Positions 54,277 to 64,000 of a DNA stretch of 64,000 nt are shown here, piece after piece. Source of the stretch: a virus; the IMG/VR virus record IMGVR_UViG_3300045539_000120, positions 1 to 64,000 of that record, one strand, 5' to 3'. Positions within the stretch are counted from its first letter, which is position 1, and each line of letters starts with the position of its first letter. The notes under the pieces were generated by a model. The model worked only from the letters and a program-made list of their open reading frames with translations. It was not told the DNA's origin and made no database searches. A program made the position numbers and the translations under genes.

Positions 54277-54594
54277 CTATTTATCATTAGTGGAAGTGGT
54301 ACATGTAACTGTCCAATTAGGTTGACCGGGTGAAGTTCCTGGAGTACTCCAATCGATATATGGTTGTAAAATAGGTTGGTGCCATGGATTTGTTTGATTT
54401 GGATAATTTGGAATGTAACTACCTGATTCTTTTTCTTTTAATAAGGTAACTGCCTCTAGTTTTGTAATATTACCATCATTTGCAAGATCTGAAATAATTT
54501 CAGTTTTCCCATGTTTATTATTTAAAATAGCATCTGCCATTTCAATGGTGATATGTCCTTCTGTTAATAATCTTTCAATAATACGATCTTTCAT
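54277..54594 (-). CDS. hypothetical protein
   Basis: 105-aa ORF. Confidence 0.4.
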   Translation of the reverse strand: MKDRIIERLLTEGHITIEMADAILNNKHGKTEIISDLANDGNITKLEAVTLLKEKESGSYIPNYPNQTNPWHQPILQPYIDWSTPGTSPGQPNWTVTCTTSTNDK

Positions 54595-54672
54595 GTCTAA
54601 GTATTTTTATTTATAATTATACTAAATGGGTTGGTTTTGTTTCATAAAAAAACCCAGAAATTCTGGGTTTTG

Positions 54673-54757
54673 CGGAGGATGTAGGATTCGAACCTACGGT
54701 ACCTTGCGGTACAACAGTTTTCAAGACTGCCGCGATCGACCACTCTGCCAATCCTCC
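54673..54757 (-). tRNA. tRNA-Ser(TGA), type II
   Basis: perfect acceptor GGAGGAT/ATCCTCC, anticodon loop CTTGAAA, variable hairpin GTACC-gcaa-GGTAC, T-arm GTAGGTTCGAATCCTAC. Confidence 0.8.
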
Positions 54758-54803
54758 AATATCATTATATATCTATTATATAAATGTTTTTATTTTAGTT
54801 TCT

Positions 54804-57500
54804 TTATTGTTTAGAAACATCAATAATTTTAATTGCTCTATCAAATCTTGCTTCCAAGTCTTGTATTGCATCTATCAATGGCTGTAAATCAATTGATTCG
54901 CCAGCGGCTTTAGTATCTTTATTTATTTTATCTGCTGTTTTCTTAACTCCTATTACTGTTTCTTTAACTGTGTCCATTACACCAGAAACAACGTCTCCAA
55001 TTCCACTGGTAGCCTTTCCTTGTGTTTCAACTGATTTTTCAAGATTTTCCACAGTTCCAGATAATTGTTTAACTGCTTCTAATAATTTATCGGCTAAAAC
55101 TGACATTGCAGATTCTCCTTTATTTTTGGCAAGATCAGTTAATGCAGTAAACATACTCGTAGTTGCATTAATTGCTGGAATATTCATAACCTTACTAGAA
55201 TCGGCAATCATCTTATATGATTTTCCTATTTTAACGCTTGCATCTGCACGTGCATTAAAATCATCAACATCAACTTCATCATTAAAGTTAATAGCAGCTT
55301 CAAACGCTTTCATAACTCCACCTGCTGCAAGGTTAATTGCAGAGAACCCTTTACCAACTTCGGTTAATGGTTTTGCTAAGTTTTGTATATTTGGACCTAA
55401 TAATGCAATTTTTTCAAGTAATTCAATTGGCGATGGAGTATCTCCTCCAAATAATTTTCCGATTCCTTCGAATAATCCTCCAATTGCAGTTCCAATTCCA
55501 CCCACAACACTTGCTCCACCTATTGCTGCAGAGAATATTAACCATGCTCCTCCTAATGCTGCAACACCAACTGCAAGACCAAGCATATTTTCAATTCCTA
55601 TTTCATTTTTAAATCTTGCAAAAACATCTACGATACCATTTATTGGTGCTAATAATACTTCGGTTATTCCCTTTGCAACAGTAACCAATGATGGCATGGC
55701 AGGGGCTAACGCTGATAAAATCCAACCAACTGCAACTATAGTGATTGCTGCTACAATAATTCCAAGTGCTCCTAATAATAAGGTCACTGGTGTTAGTGCA
55801 GTAACCGCAATTCCCATTACCACTATGGCGGCACCCATAACTCCAAGAGCAAGAGCAACATTCATGGTCCAATCCTGCGGAGGTGCAATCATCGCTGATG
55901 GTAAAAGTTGAAATAACCACGCGACTGCTACTACTGCGAATGCAGCAACAACTACACCAACAAGAGCCTTTAACATATCGCCTATTCCCATTTTTCCAAC
56001 TGTTTTGCTAGATAGCCAAAGAATTGTACCAAATATAACAACTGACAATCCGGCCTTTAACGTCCATCCTGGTTCAGGTGCTACAAAATCAATTCCGCCT
56101 AATGCTTGAAAAATCCATGCAGTTGCAAGAACTCCAAATGCAACTATTGGAATAGCAAGTGTCATAAATAACATTTCTTTAATATTCATTCCTCCAATTG
56201 CCTTCGATATAATATAGAATGGAATTGCAAATATTAATAGTGCAAATCCTGCTTTAAGAACCCACATTGGATCTGGAGCAACCCATGTACTAACATCTCC
56301 TAATAATCCAAATATAAATGCCGTAGCAACAATTCCAATTGCCATCAATGGAATGGCTATTGAACCAAATATAAGTTCTTTAATACTTGCTCTTTTAACT
56401 GCTTTCAATATAAAGTAAAATCCTATTGCAAATAATCCAATTGCGAATGCAGATTTTAAAGTCCACATTGGATCTGGAGCAACCCATGTACTAACATCTC
56501 CTAACATTCCAAATATAAGTGCAACTCCAAGAATTGATACTGCCATTAATGGAATAGCAACTGATGCAAAAATAATATCTTTTAAACTTGCTCTTTTAAT
56601 TGCTTTTAATATAAAACTGAATCCAATTGCAAATAATCCAATAGCCAATCCAGCTCTTAAAGTCCATCCTAAATCCGGAGCAACCGGATTACTTGGCATT
56701 AACATAAATGCATAAGCAACTCCAACAACTCCTATGGCAATTGCTACCATAGATAAACTTACCATACCTAATGTCATTAATCCCTTCTTATCGGCTGTTA
56801 AACCACTCTTAGTTAATGATCGAGTTATCATTCCAAATGACAATGATAAAAAGATAAAAGCGATTCCTATCAATGCAGCTGTTGCAAATTGTGCAAACGA
56901 AATTGGCTTTACCATAGAAAGAATATATGAAGCAGCAGTAGTTCCAGCTGCCATTATCACCATGGCAAGTCCAACACCTGCAAGTAATTTACTCATACTT
57001 GGAGTATCTCCATTTCCTACTCCTGATACCTTTCCAATTATCCTATCAGTTAGGCCAGGTCCTTTAAACGCTTCACTTATTTTAACAAACATAGGTACTA
57101 ACATTACGAATAATACTCCAAGTGCTAGGGCCGTTAATATTTGTATAGCGCTAACAGGTTGCATATATCCTAGAATTCCAGAAGCAGCAACTAAAGCACC
57201 TGCCATTATTACGATTGCAACACCAGTTTTGGCAGCACCCATAATACCTGGCATTTTAGTTTTTCCTCCACCTCCAGAACCACCTTCTTTTTGATCAGCT
57301 TGTTGTTTTAATAAACCTTTAATATCTAATAAAACATCAGTTTGTTTTTTTAATTCCTTTACTGTATCTATTGCATAAGTACTAAGACTTATAACAACGG
57401 CGTTAATTTGCATTAAAATACTAGCGGATGCCTCGGAAGCTTCTGCTATTCTTTGTAATGGCGATGCTAAAATTGAAAGTTGTTTTGTATTATTAGTCAC
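54804..57500 (-). CDS. tape-measure-like protein with highly hydrophobic tandem internal repeats
   Basis: 898 aa; Gly-rich linker GGSGGGGKTK; at least 4 repeats of ~71 aa (AP(D/E)P(M/G)WTLKAGxAxxxFAIxFxxIxKAxxxxxIKExxF...), coiled-coil C-terminus; position downstream of the sheath-tube genes; could instead be a membrane protein. Confidence 0.45.
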   Translation of the reverse strand: MTNNTKQLSILASPLQRIAEASEASASILMQINAVVISLSTYAIDTVKELKKQTDVLLDIKGLLKQQADQKEGGSGGGGKTKMPGIMGAAKTGVAIVIMAGALVAASGILGYMQPVSAIQILTALALGVLFVMLVPMFVKISEAFKGPGLTDRIIGKVSGVGNGDTPSMSKLLAGVGLAMVIMAAGTTAASYILSMVKPISFAQFATAALIGIAFIFLSLSFGMITRSLTKSGLTADKKGLMTLGMVSLSMVAIAIGVVGVAYAFMLMPSNPVAPDLGWTLRAGLAIGLFAIGFSFILKAIKRASLKDIIFASVAIPLMAVSILGVALIFGMLGDVSTWVAPDPMWTLKSAFAIGLFAIGFYFILKAVKRASIKELIFGSIAIPLMAIGIVATAFIFGLLGDVSTWVAPDPMWVLKAGFALLIFAIPFYIISKAIGGMNIKEMLFMTLAIPIVAFGVLATAWIFQALGGIDFVAPEPGWTLKAGLSVVIFGTILWLSSKTVGKMGIGDMLKALVGVVVAAFAVVAVAWLFQLLPSAMIAPPQDWTMNVALALGVMGAAIVVMGIAVTALTPVTLLLGALGIIVAAITIVAVGWILSALAPAMPSLVTVAKGITEVLLAPINGIVDVFARFKNEIGIENMLGLAVGVAALGGAWLIFSAAIGGASVVGGIGTAIGGLFEGIGKLFGGDTPSPIELLEKIALLGPNIQNLAKPLTEVGKGFSAINLAAGGVMKAFEAAINFNDEVDVDDFNARADASVKIGKSYKMIADSSKVMNIPAINATTSMFTALTDLAKNKGESAMSVLADKLLEAVKQLSGTVENLEKSVETQGKATSGIGDVVSGVMDTVKETVIGVKKTADKINKDTKAAGESIDLQPLIDAIQDLEARFDRAIKIIDVSKQ

Positions 57501-57550
57501 GTGAACTTTATTTTTTTATATAAGACATATCTAGCATTATATATCTAAAT

Positions 57551-57580
57551 AAAAAGGATCCCACTCGGGGATCCTTTTTT
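57551..57580. terminator. bidirectional palindromic hairpin
   Basis: AAAAA-GGATCCC-actcg-GGGATCC-TTTTTT (two BamHI sites). Confidence 0.5.
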
Positions 57581-57851
57581 ATAGCTTCGGCATTTTCATG
57601 CTAGGCATTTTCATGCTAGGCATTTTCATGTTATTCATCATTCCTGCTGTTGAATCATTTTGCCCTTCGTTCTGTTTATTCTCCGCCTTAATATGTTCTA
57701 TTAAGTCTTTCACCAAATAATGGAATTCATAATATTCCAAATTCTCAAGTTCGCTTGGTTGTATATGTAATTTAAGATAAATATGAAATTTAGTCTTAAA
57801 GAAGTTCTCCAGCGATATCTTGAACAATGAAAAGAGATTTGATGCCGTCAC
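57579..57851 (-). CDS. hypothetical protein with C-terminal MKMPS tandem repeats
   Basis: 3 x 16-bp DNA repeat ggcattttcatgctag at 57590-57637. Confidence 0.3.
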   Translation of the reverse strand: MTASNLFSLFKISLENFFKTKFHIYLKLHIQPSELENLEYYEFHYLVKDLIEHIKAENKQNEGQNDSTAGMMNNMKMPSMKMPSMKMPKL

Positions 57852-58764
57852 GAAAGCTAATGGGAACCTCTTCCTCCTCGTCCCCTAATTGCACTAACAT
57901 ATTTGGTTGAATTCCTATTTTCATTTTTTCAGCAAGTGTATATACTAAATTGTATTTTTTACTTGACCATCCATTCAATTCAATTTCGAAATCAAATAAC
58001 GTTTTATCGTTAAATCCTCTCCAATCATGATGCAAATAAGGTATGATTTGTAAAATAGACTGATCTATCTTTTCTCCCTTTTGTTGTCTTTCCTTAATGT
58101 ATGCTGTGATTTTTTGCATAACTCCAATAACAGGTGGTCTCATTGAAATGTTTCCAAAAGACTTTGTTTCAACAATAAAAGATCTTACATCATTATCATA
58201 ATATTTATCTAATTCTGCTGGAATTTGAAAATATTGAAAATAATCCTTTTTAATTTCAACTTGGTGCTTTTCACCTTTCTTACTTCTATGGTCAATTTTT
58301 AAACTTGACTCTGGTTCTGGAAATGTTAATTCTCTAATTGATAAAATAATATAAAATCTATCTTCTTCTAAAATATCTTTATAAGATAATCTTTTAGCCG
58401 CACATGTGATTCTTATACATGATTCTACAATTTGATTTAATTTTTCATCAATATCTAATACATTGGTTTCATCGATTGTTGAAAAGTGTCTAACTTCTCC
58501 AACCTTTGCAGAACGTATTGAAATTTCAGTTCCTTCTGGATAAAACATACCACCTGATGGTAATGAAATTACAGGGATATCATGATATCCTAAGTGAAAA
58601 TCTGCTCCTTCAGCTCGTTGTGCACTAAAACGTTCCATGTTAACTTTACCTAAATTAACAGGTTGCTCCTGTACTTCTTCAACATACTGTACATTCTCAT
58701 CAGATTGAACAATATTCTTATATTGTTCCTCTAAGTTTAAATCATTTTCTTTCTCGTTACTCAT
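57796..58764 (-). CDS. hypothetical protein (tail-module position)
   Basis: 322-aa ORF between the tube and tape-measure-like genes. Confidence 0.4.
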   Translation of the reverse strand: MSNEKENDLNLEEQYKNIVQSDENVQYVEEVQEQPVNLGKVNMERFSAQRAEGADFHLGYHDIPVISLPSGGMFYPEGTEISIRSAKVGEVRHFSTIDETNVLDIDEKLNQIVESCIRITCAAKRLSYKDILEEDRFYIILSIRELTFPEPESSLKIDHRSKKGEKHQVEIKKDYFQYFQIPAELDKYYDNDVRSFIVETKSFGNISMRPPVIGVMQKITAYIKERQQKGEKIDQSILQIIPYLHHDWRGFNDKTLFDFEIELNGWSSKKYNLVYTLAEKMKIGIQPNMLVQLGDEEEEVPISFRDGIKSLFIVQDIAGELL

Positions 58765-58767
58765 AAA

Positions 58768-58983
58768 TTATTTGTCTTTAAGTTTTCTGATGTCAATTTT
58801 TTCAAAAGGCTTGTCATCTTTTACCTTATTTTCTATTTCCTGTCTGATTATTTCTCTAATAAATGCTGAAATTGAAATTGGTCTTTCACCTGTTTCTATT
58901 GCTTCATTTAAAATAATTCTATTAATTAAAGATACTTCCTCTTCTGACAGAAGAACTTGTAACTTTTTTGTAAGTTTATCCAT
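58768..58983 (-). CDS. hypothetical protein
   Basis: 71-aa ORF. Confidence 0.35.
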   Translation of the reverse strand: MDKLTKKLQVLLSEEEVSLINRIILNEAIETGERPISISAFIREIIRQEIENKVKDDKPFEKIDIRKLKDK

Positions 58984-59077
58984 TTAGCTTTGATATATTA
59001 TATTATCATTATATTATGTTTTTGTTTCATAAAAAATGGGGGATAATTTTGCAACTATCCCCCATTTATGAAATAAT

Positions 59078-59632
59078 TTATGCTAAGTCTTCTTTCCAAG
59101 CATCGCATCTCCAACCCATTTCTAATGTAGCTGCTTCTGATGAATCGTATCCTAAGTCATTTGTGAAACCTACTGCTGTAGAAATTAAACAATCTTCTAA
59201 AGTTACAGTTCTAAAAATATCTCCTGCTCTATTAAATTGTACAACTACGATAGTTCCAACGTAATCTTTCTTAAGTCCCATTGAACCATTTGTTGGGTCA
59301 TATTGCTTGTGGTACCATTGTCTCATTGATTTATAAAGGTAAGCTTGGTTAGCCTCATTTAAGTTTAATGAAAAGTTAATTGTTACATCAACTGCGGTTC
59401 CGTCAGGCATACCAGCAAATGATCTGGTTGCGAATTTATACTTTTGCTCGATTGGACCAACTTCTTTGTGTAAATCCAATCCTCCGATTGAATTAATATG
59501 TTGAAGCATTAAAGGCGCATCCGATACTCCAGCTGGAGGTAAAATCGTAACTTCGAATAAATTACCTTGTACAGGTTCGAAGTTTCTACCTTTTCTAGAT
59601 GTTTGATCTTGTGAATAATGTGGTAAAGCCAT
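59078..59632 (-). CDS. tail tube protein candidate
   Basis: 184-aa ORF directly after the sheath gene (conserved sheath-tube order); no diagnostic motif. Confidence 0.45.
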   Translation of the reverse strand: MALPHYSQDQTSRKGRNFEPVQGNLFEVTILPPAGVSDAPLMLQHINSIGGLDLHKEVGPIEQKYKFATRSFAGMPDGTAVDVTINFSLNLNEANQAYLYKSMRQWYHKQYDPTNGSMGLKKDYVGTIVVVQFNRAGDIFRTVTLEDCLISTAVGFTNDLGYDSSEAATLEMGWRCDAWKEDLA

Positions 59633-59665
59633 GTTTATTAATGTTTTATTTTTTTATATATCTTA

Positions 59666-62599
59666 TTAACCTAGGTTACCAGATTGTATTTCTCCTGTAT
59701 TTAAAATTGTAGTTCTATGAACAACGATTTCTAAACCTTTAACTGGTTCTACATAGGTATCAATGATTCCGATGTTATTATCGATAACTTCATTTGTGTT
59801 ATTGGTATTATCCATAACATTTTTAAATTCGTAAACTCCACCATCTTGTTTAATACCTGACATGAAAGAATCTGCAAGCGTTTTAATTTCTAATCTTGTT
59901 TGTACGTTATTAAATTCGAATACGTAATCTTTTAAAATATCTGCCATACCATCTTGGATATAAATAAGTGCTTCTCTAACGTGAGCTGAAGAAAGTGCTG
60001 ATTTAATAGATTGTTGTGCAGTTTTATTTCCTAAGATTGTTAATCCTACTCCTCTTTGGAATACGATAGGATTGATTCCGAATGGTTCTAGGTTATCTCT
60101 ATCATCTTTGTCAAATGAATATTCAACACCTTTAACGTTGGTACCTGCGACAACTCCACGTCTTGGTCCAGCAACAATTGACCATGGAAGGGCATTTGTA
60201 TATTTGTCTAAGAAGTTATTTGAAACATAAGCCGCAGCTGGTACAATGATATCTTTACCATTGTCAGATACAATTAATCCAGGACCATAGTAAAATGCGT
60301 AATTTGCACCTGCATTAATACTAGGTAATGAATAAACCTTAGTTGGATTTTTATCTTGATTTCCTCCAGTAGAAACATACAATGAATTAAATACTCCATT
60401 CTCATCAGTGAATGATGGATCTGTTGATTTTTTAAAATCTTCGATTGTTGGTGCATTTAAAATAGCAGATGCATTTTGTCTGTCTTTTGCTAATTGAGAA
60501 AGATTTGATTTATTATTAATTCCATTTAAATCAAAAGAAGTAAAGGTATCAACAACATATCTAAAATCGATAATATCTTTGTCGATTAAAGCGTCATATA
60601 ATCCATTTCCACCTGAAAGAACTGATAAATAATCGCTGATGTTTTTAACAGCAACTTCAGATTTTCCTAATACGAATGTTTTGTAAACATTAGAAGCATT
60701 TTCAAATGATTTAATAATTCTATCATTGTAATCTGGTGTAATGTCTGTGAATATTTCAAATATTGTATTTAATCCTACAATTTTCTTTGAAATTCTATTA
60801 ACTCTAGCAATTCTACCAGTTGTTGTTGAATCTACATAATCTCCAGGAATAATTTCAAAAGAAAATCCTGTTAAAGGAAGTGCTGACGTTAAGTATGTTA
60901 CAATGAAACTTGTACTATTACCTAAACCTGGAGTAACTACTCCACCATAATAATCTCCAAATGCATATAAACCAACTCTACCGTTTGAAACATGTAAGAA
61001 TTCTAAAGTATCTCCAATTGATGGCGATGCATCAATATATGTTGTACTGATATTTGCGTCACACTCTATTGTTAAAGTACCTAATGCAACTGGATTTCCT
61101 AAGATAACACCGTTATCAGCAAAAAGATTAAAGTTAGCTGATCCTGCGTTTGATACTGCGAATGTTCCAGAACCTACCGCAGTAAGAACCGTTCCAACAC
61201 CTGCTACAAAAGCAACAGTAAATGCAGTATTTGCAATACCAGTTCCTGCTAATAAAAACGAACCTGTTAATATTGGAGTAACTAATAGTGGATCTGTATA
61301 ATTATTAAAAACTAATGGATTTGAGTTTGTAATTGTTAAAACCGTATTTCCAGCTGAAAGTACTTTACTATCATCAGTCAATAAACCGAATGTAGTAGAT
61401 GCTGTATTGTTATAAGTATTTGGTGTTGCTGGAGTTGTTTCAACCCATGTTGTATTTGTAATGGTTGTATATTCTCCAGTAGAAAGAGCTAATAATGAAT
61501 CTTCACCTTCAATTGCGTTGTTAGCTTCGCCGAATGTAATATCGGTAATAGTTATTGTATCTGTTGATACTGCAACACTTTCAATTCCTGTAAATGTAAT
61601 TGGATTTTGTCCAACTTCTACAATTTGTTTTACTGAATGTGATAATAATTCATAATCTTGATCTACGTCAACAATATGTCCAACAAAATCAATTTTAGTT
61701 CCATTATCATTAAGTACTGCATCTTCATCAACTGCACAGAATAAACCTGTTCTTCTTGCTTCTGCATTAATAATTGATTCAATATATAAGTTTCTACCTT
61801 CAAGATCTTTAAATCCTGGTAGGATAGAACCAGTGTATTGCGCAATTAAACTAACTTGTCTTAAATTTGCAAATTCATTTAATTTGGTTTTATCTAAACC
61901 TTCTGTTGTAAAATATTCAGAGTAGATTGGGTCAACTGCCATTATTGCAGCATCAAATTCTCCTTTAAATACAAAAACATCTAGCATAAAATCTGCCATT
62001 TTGTCGAAGTCATTTAAATATTCTGGAACGTTTCCTTGACCGTACCATTCTCTAGCTGTTAAATCAAATTCTTTAACAGAAGCAGCTTGTCTTACTATAA
62101 TAGTAATTGAATCTTGTTTAATGTTAACAAAGTTTAATAAATTGTTATCGCCATTTCCAATAGTATTTAATGTATTGGTATCTGATGGTGTCATGAATTT
62201 ATCATTATCGAAGAATTTATCATAATCTTCAGAACCTTCAACTGCAGTGTTACCTTGTATTGAACCCTGTGTCGAAAGAGATTGATAATTTGCATAATCA
62301 ATTTCTGATGTAAATTTACCTAAATTCAATGCTAAGATAGGACCTCTTGAAAGAGCTTCTAAACATGATCTGTGGAAAAACATTCCCTTTTTTTCTAATC
62401 CCTTGTCAATTGAACCAAAAACATTGTTAAATGTTTCTTGTGAATCAATTAAAACTGGAGTATTGTAAGGTCCTTTTTTAGAGTGACCTACTACTAATCT
62501 AAGAGTCTCTACGTTAATATTAGCCGTTTGAGATTTATCAAACTCTAGTCTATAAACTCCTGAGCTCTTAAAATTCAATAATTGAGGACTTAATGCCAT
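59666..62599 (-). CDS. contractile tail sheath protein (unusually large, 977 aa)
   Basis: N-terminal SSGVYRLEFDKSQ (sheath S-x-GVY-x-E-x-D-x-S signature) and C-terminal FGINPIVFQRGVGLTILGNKT (sheath C-domain signature). Confidence 0.65.
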   Translation of the reverse strand: MALSPQLLNFKSSGVYRLEFDKSQTANINVETLRLVVGHSKKGPYNTPVLIDSQETFNNVFGSIDKGLEKKGMFFHRSCLEALSRGPILALNLGKFTSEIDYANYQSLSTQGSIQGNTAVEGSEDYDKFFDNDKFMTPSDTNTLNTIGNGDNNLLNFVNIKQDSITIIVRQAASVKEFDLTAREWYGQGNVPEYLNDFDKMADFMLDVFVFKGEFDAAIMAVDPIYSEYFTTEGLDKTKLNEFANLRQVSLIAQYTGSILPGFKDLEGRNLYIESIINAEARRTGLFCAVDEDAVLNDNGTKIDFVGHIVDVDQDYELLSHSVKQIVEVGQNPITFTGIESVAVSTDTITITDITFGEANNAIEGEDSLLALSTGEYTTITNTTWVETTPATPNTYNNTASTTFGLLTDDSKVLSAGNTVLTITNSNPLVFNNYTDPLLVTPILTGSFLLAGTGIANTAFTVAFVAGVGTVLTAVGSGTFAVSNAGSANFNLFADNGVILGNPVALGTLTIECDANISTTYIDASPSIGDTLEFLHVSNGRVGLYAFGDYYGGVVTPGLGNSTSFIVTYLTSALPLTGFSFEIIPGDYVDSTTTGRIARVNRISKKIVGLNTIFEIFTDITPDYNDRIIKSFENASNVYKTFVLGKSEVAVKNISDYLSVLSGGNGLYDALIDKDIIDFRYVVDTFTSFDLNGINNKSNLSQLAKDRQNASAILNAPTIEDFKKSTDPSFTDENGVFNSLYVSTGGNQDKNPTKVYSLPSINAGANYAFYYGPGLIVSDNGKDIIVPAAAYVSNNFLDKYTNALPWSIVAGPRRGVVAGTNVKGVEYSFDKDDRDNLEPFGINPIVFQRGVGLTILGNKTAQQSIKSALSSAHVREALIYIQDGMADILKDYVFEFNNVQTRLEIKTLADSFMSGIKQDGGVYEFKNVMDNTNNTNEVIDNNIGIIDTYVEPVKGLEIVVHRTTILNTGEIQSGNLG

Positions 62600-62653
62600 A
62601 ATTTTAAATGTATTTTTTTTCTTTTATTATATATCCTTTTTAATTGTGATTAT

Positions 62654-64000
62654 TTACAGCAAATCATAAATATCGTACTGTAAATCGCCTTGAATATCAT
62701 TATCTTTATAAAGTATTCTTTCCATTAGGAGATGCTTTTCAGGTTCTATTATATCTAATAATTCCTCGACGTAATCTGCATAATCACTTGTTCCAAAAAA
62801 TTCAGTTCCTGTGATGCACGTCATGATTGTATCATCATTACCCATCTGCGCTCCATAACTTCCATTTCTTAATGTACCAAATAAACTTGCCTCCTGTACT
62901 GTTATAATATCGTTAACAATAATACGATTCATTTCAATTAATTTCTTAAAGTTTTGACAGAACACTGATTTATTATCTGATTTTAATCTTATACCTGGTT
63001 TTAATGCTCTAGAATCATGTCTATGTTTAAACCTAAGAACCATCTCATCTTCAAAATCATTTCTACCTGGAAATACAGTACTTAAGTATTGTAATAAAAT
63101 ACTTCCGTATGTATTGTACTCTATAATCATCTTAACATTTTCTGAATTAAATACATCAATTGCTAATGTATAAAGTACCTTGGCGAAATCTTCAATCGAA
63201 TGTTCATTACTTCTAAACACTGCAACTTGGTTTAATCTAAAGAAATCATACATTGCTCCTGGACTAACAAAGTTTTCAATATCCCTATCATCCATTGCCT
63301 CTACTTCAAATACGTTAATTACTGAATAATCACCGCCATTTCCTTCTGCAATATCTACCGAAAATAAATAATACTTATTTGATTCAGAAGAAGAGTCAAC
63401 ATCAAAGTCTGGGTCAAATGATAAAAATCCTTCGGTTGCTATATGAATATTATCAAAATCCTCTAAATCATGATAAACAAATTTCTTAGCATTTTTTCTT
63501 ATATTTTTCATAGTACCTGGACTTAATAATAAACTCGATGAACTTGTAAATTCATTTCCATATTGTCTATTAAAAGCATCTTCCGAACCTAAGTTTCCAA
63601 GTTCTCTTTTGTACCATGCATCATCTCGGTCTGGATGTTGCCACCAATCTATTCTTGTTGCTTTATATTCGTTATTACCCTTTTCGGCATCAGCATAAAT
63701 TTCATAGAATTTATTAAATCCATTTGGTGTAGATGTGATATTAATTCTTGAGATTTTAGATGCAGATAACGTTGGATAAACGTTTTCATAGAATGAATCC
63801 ACAATAGTCGGATGGACGTGAGCAAACTCATCTAAGTATAAATTATGAATCGTAAAACCAATACCAGATTTTGCGGTTGTTGATTGTCCTACTAAACGAC
63901 ATCCATTGTCTGAACGAACATTCATTACATCATACTTAATAATACCGGGTTTCATGAAAAATGGAAGGTTTTCAATTACAACCTTTGCCTTGTCAATAAT
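62654..64000 (-). CDS. terminase large subunit (partial; frame stays open to the window edge)
   Basis: ATPase-end motifs LYLDEFAH (Walker B) and ITSTPNG, then a nuclease-domain-like region with acidic clusters; no in-frame stop upstream of the listed Met, so the N-terminus lies beyond 64000. Confidence 0.7.
   Translation of the reverse strand: MIDKAKVVIENLPFFMKPGIIKYDVMNVRSDNGCRLVGQSTTAKSGIGFTIHNLYLDEFAHVHPTIVDSFYENVYPTLSASKISRINITSTPNGFNKFYEIYADAEKGNNEYKATRIDWWQHPDRDDAWYKRELGNLGSEDAFNRQYGNEFTSSSSLLLSPGTMKNIRKNAKKFVYHDLEDFDNIHIATEGFLSFDPDFDVDSSSESNKYYLFSVDIAEGNGGDYSVINVFEVEAMDDRDIENFVSPGAMYDFFRLNQVAVFRSNEHSIEDFAKVLYTLAIDVFNSENVKMIIEYNTYGSILLQYLSTVFPGRNDFEDEMVLRFKHRHDSRALKPGIRLKSDNKSVFCQNFKKLIEMNRIIVNDIITVQEASLFGTLRNGSYGAQMGNDDTIMTCITGTEFFGTSDYADYVEELLDIIEPEKHLLMERILYKDNDIQGDLQYDIYDLL

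Noticed and set aside
54970-55911. 313-aa plus-strand ORF (also 55337-55612, 56734-57294, 55609-55920)
   Set aside because: Lies entirely antisense to, or frame-shifted within, the 898-aa tape-measure-like gene. Its low-complexity Ala/Ile/Pro-rich translation is typical of reverse-frame artefacts of a repeat-rich gene.
60274-60456. Short minus-strand ORFs inside the sheath gene (60274-60456, 61663-61845) and inside the terminase gene (63649-63831)
   Set aside because: Alternative-frame ORFs nested in well-supported large genes.
1-64000. CRISPR array, integrase/attachment site, or prophage boundary
   Set aside because: No direct-repeat/spacer periodicity, no tyrosine or serine recombinase-like ORF, and tRNA genes are arrayed phage-style rather than as single integration targets.

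Overview
AT-rich (~30% GC) phage-like segment with nearly all genes on the minus strand. It resembles a large tailed (myovirus-like) phage of a Bacteroidota/Flavobacteriia-type host, with no integrase in the window. It holds: (i) three dense minus-strand tRNA arrays (3.4-3.9 kb, 15.1-16.1 kb, 41.1-45.5 kb plus a lone tRNA-Ser at 54.7 kb), with about 20 canonical tRNAs intermixed with short or degenerate tRNA-like elements and two HNH homing endonucleases; (ii) a scattered tRNA repair and maturation toolkit: Rnl-type RNA ligase, P-loop polynucleotide-kinase-like protein, HAD phosphatases, a Thg1-like 3'-5' polymerase and a CCA-adding enzyme; (iii) an NAD+/ADP-ribose module: NAMPT-like, PRPP-synthetase-like, NADAR, macro domain, nucleoside 2-deoxyribosyltransferase-like and LOG; (iv) DNA ligase, DEDD exonuclease, three metallophosphoesterases, a phage sigma factor and a lysis cassette (amidase endolysin plus membrane proteins); (v) a partial tail/packaging module in T4 order (terminase large subunit at the window edge, then a 977-aa tail sheath, then tube) followed by a repeat-rich 898-aa tape-measure-like protein. 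The most striking non-coding signal is a family of about 22 near-identical 80-90-bp intergenic elements, each placed just 5' of a minus-strand start codon (consensus on the minus strand ATTGTTAATAACTTTT...AGTTATATTTACATTATAATTAAAACAAACAAT-ATG). It is a candidate phage-specific promoter/leader, and two copies head tRNA operons. A roughly 300-bp GC-rich ORF-free region (8.03-8.34 kb) closed by a bidirectional terminator is a candidate structured ncRNA. All calls rest on reading motifs and hand-folding; no searches were run.
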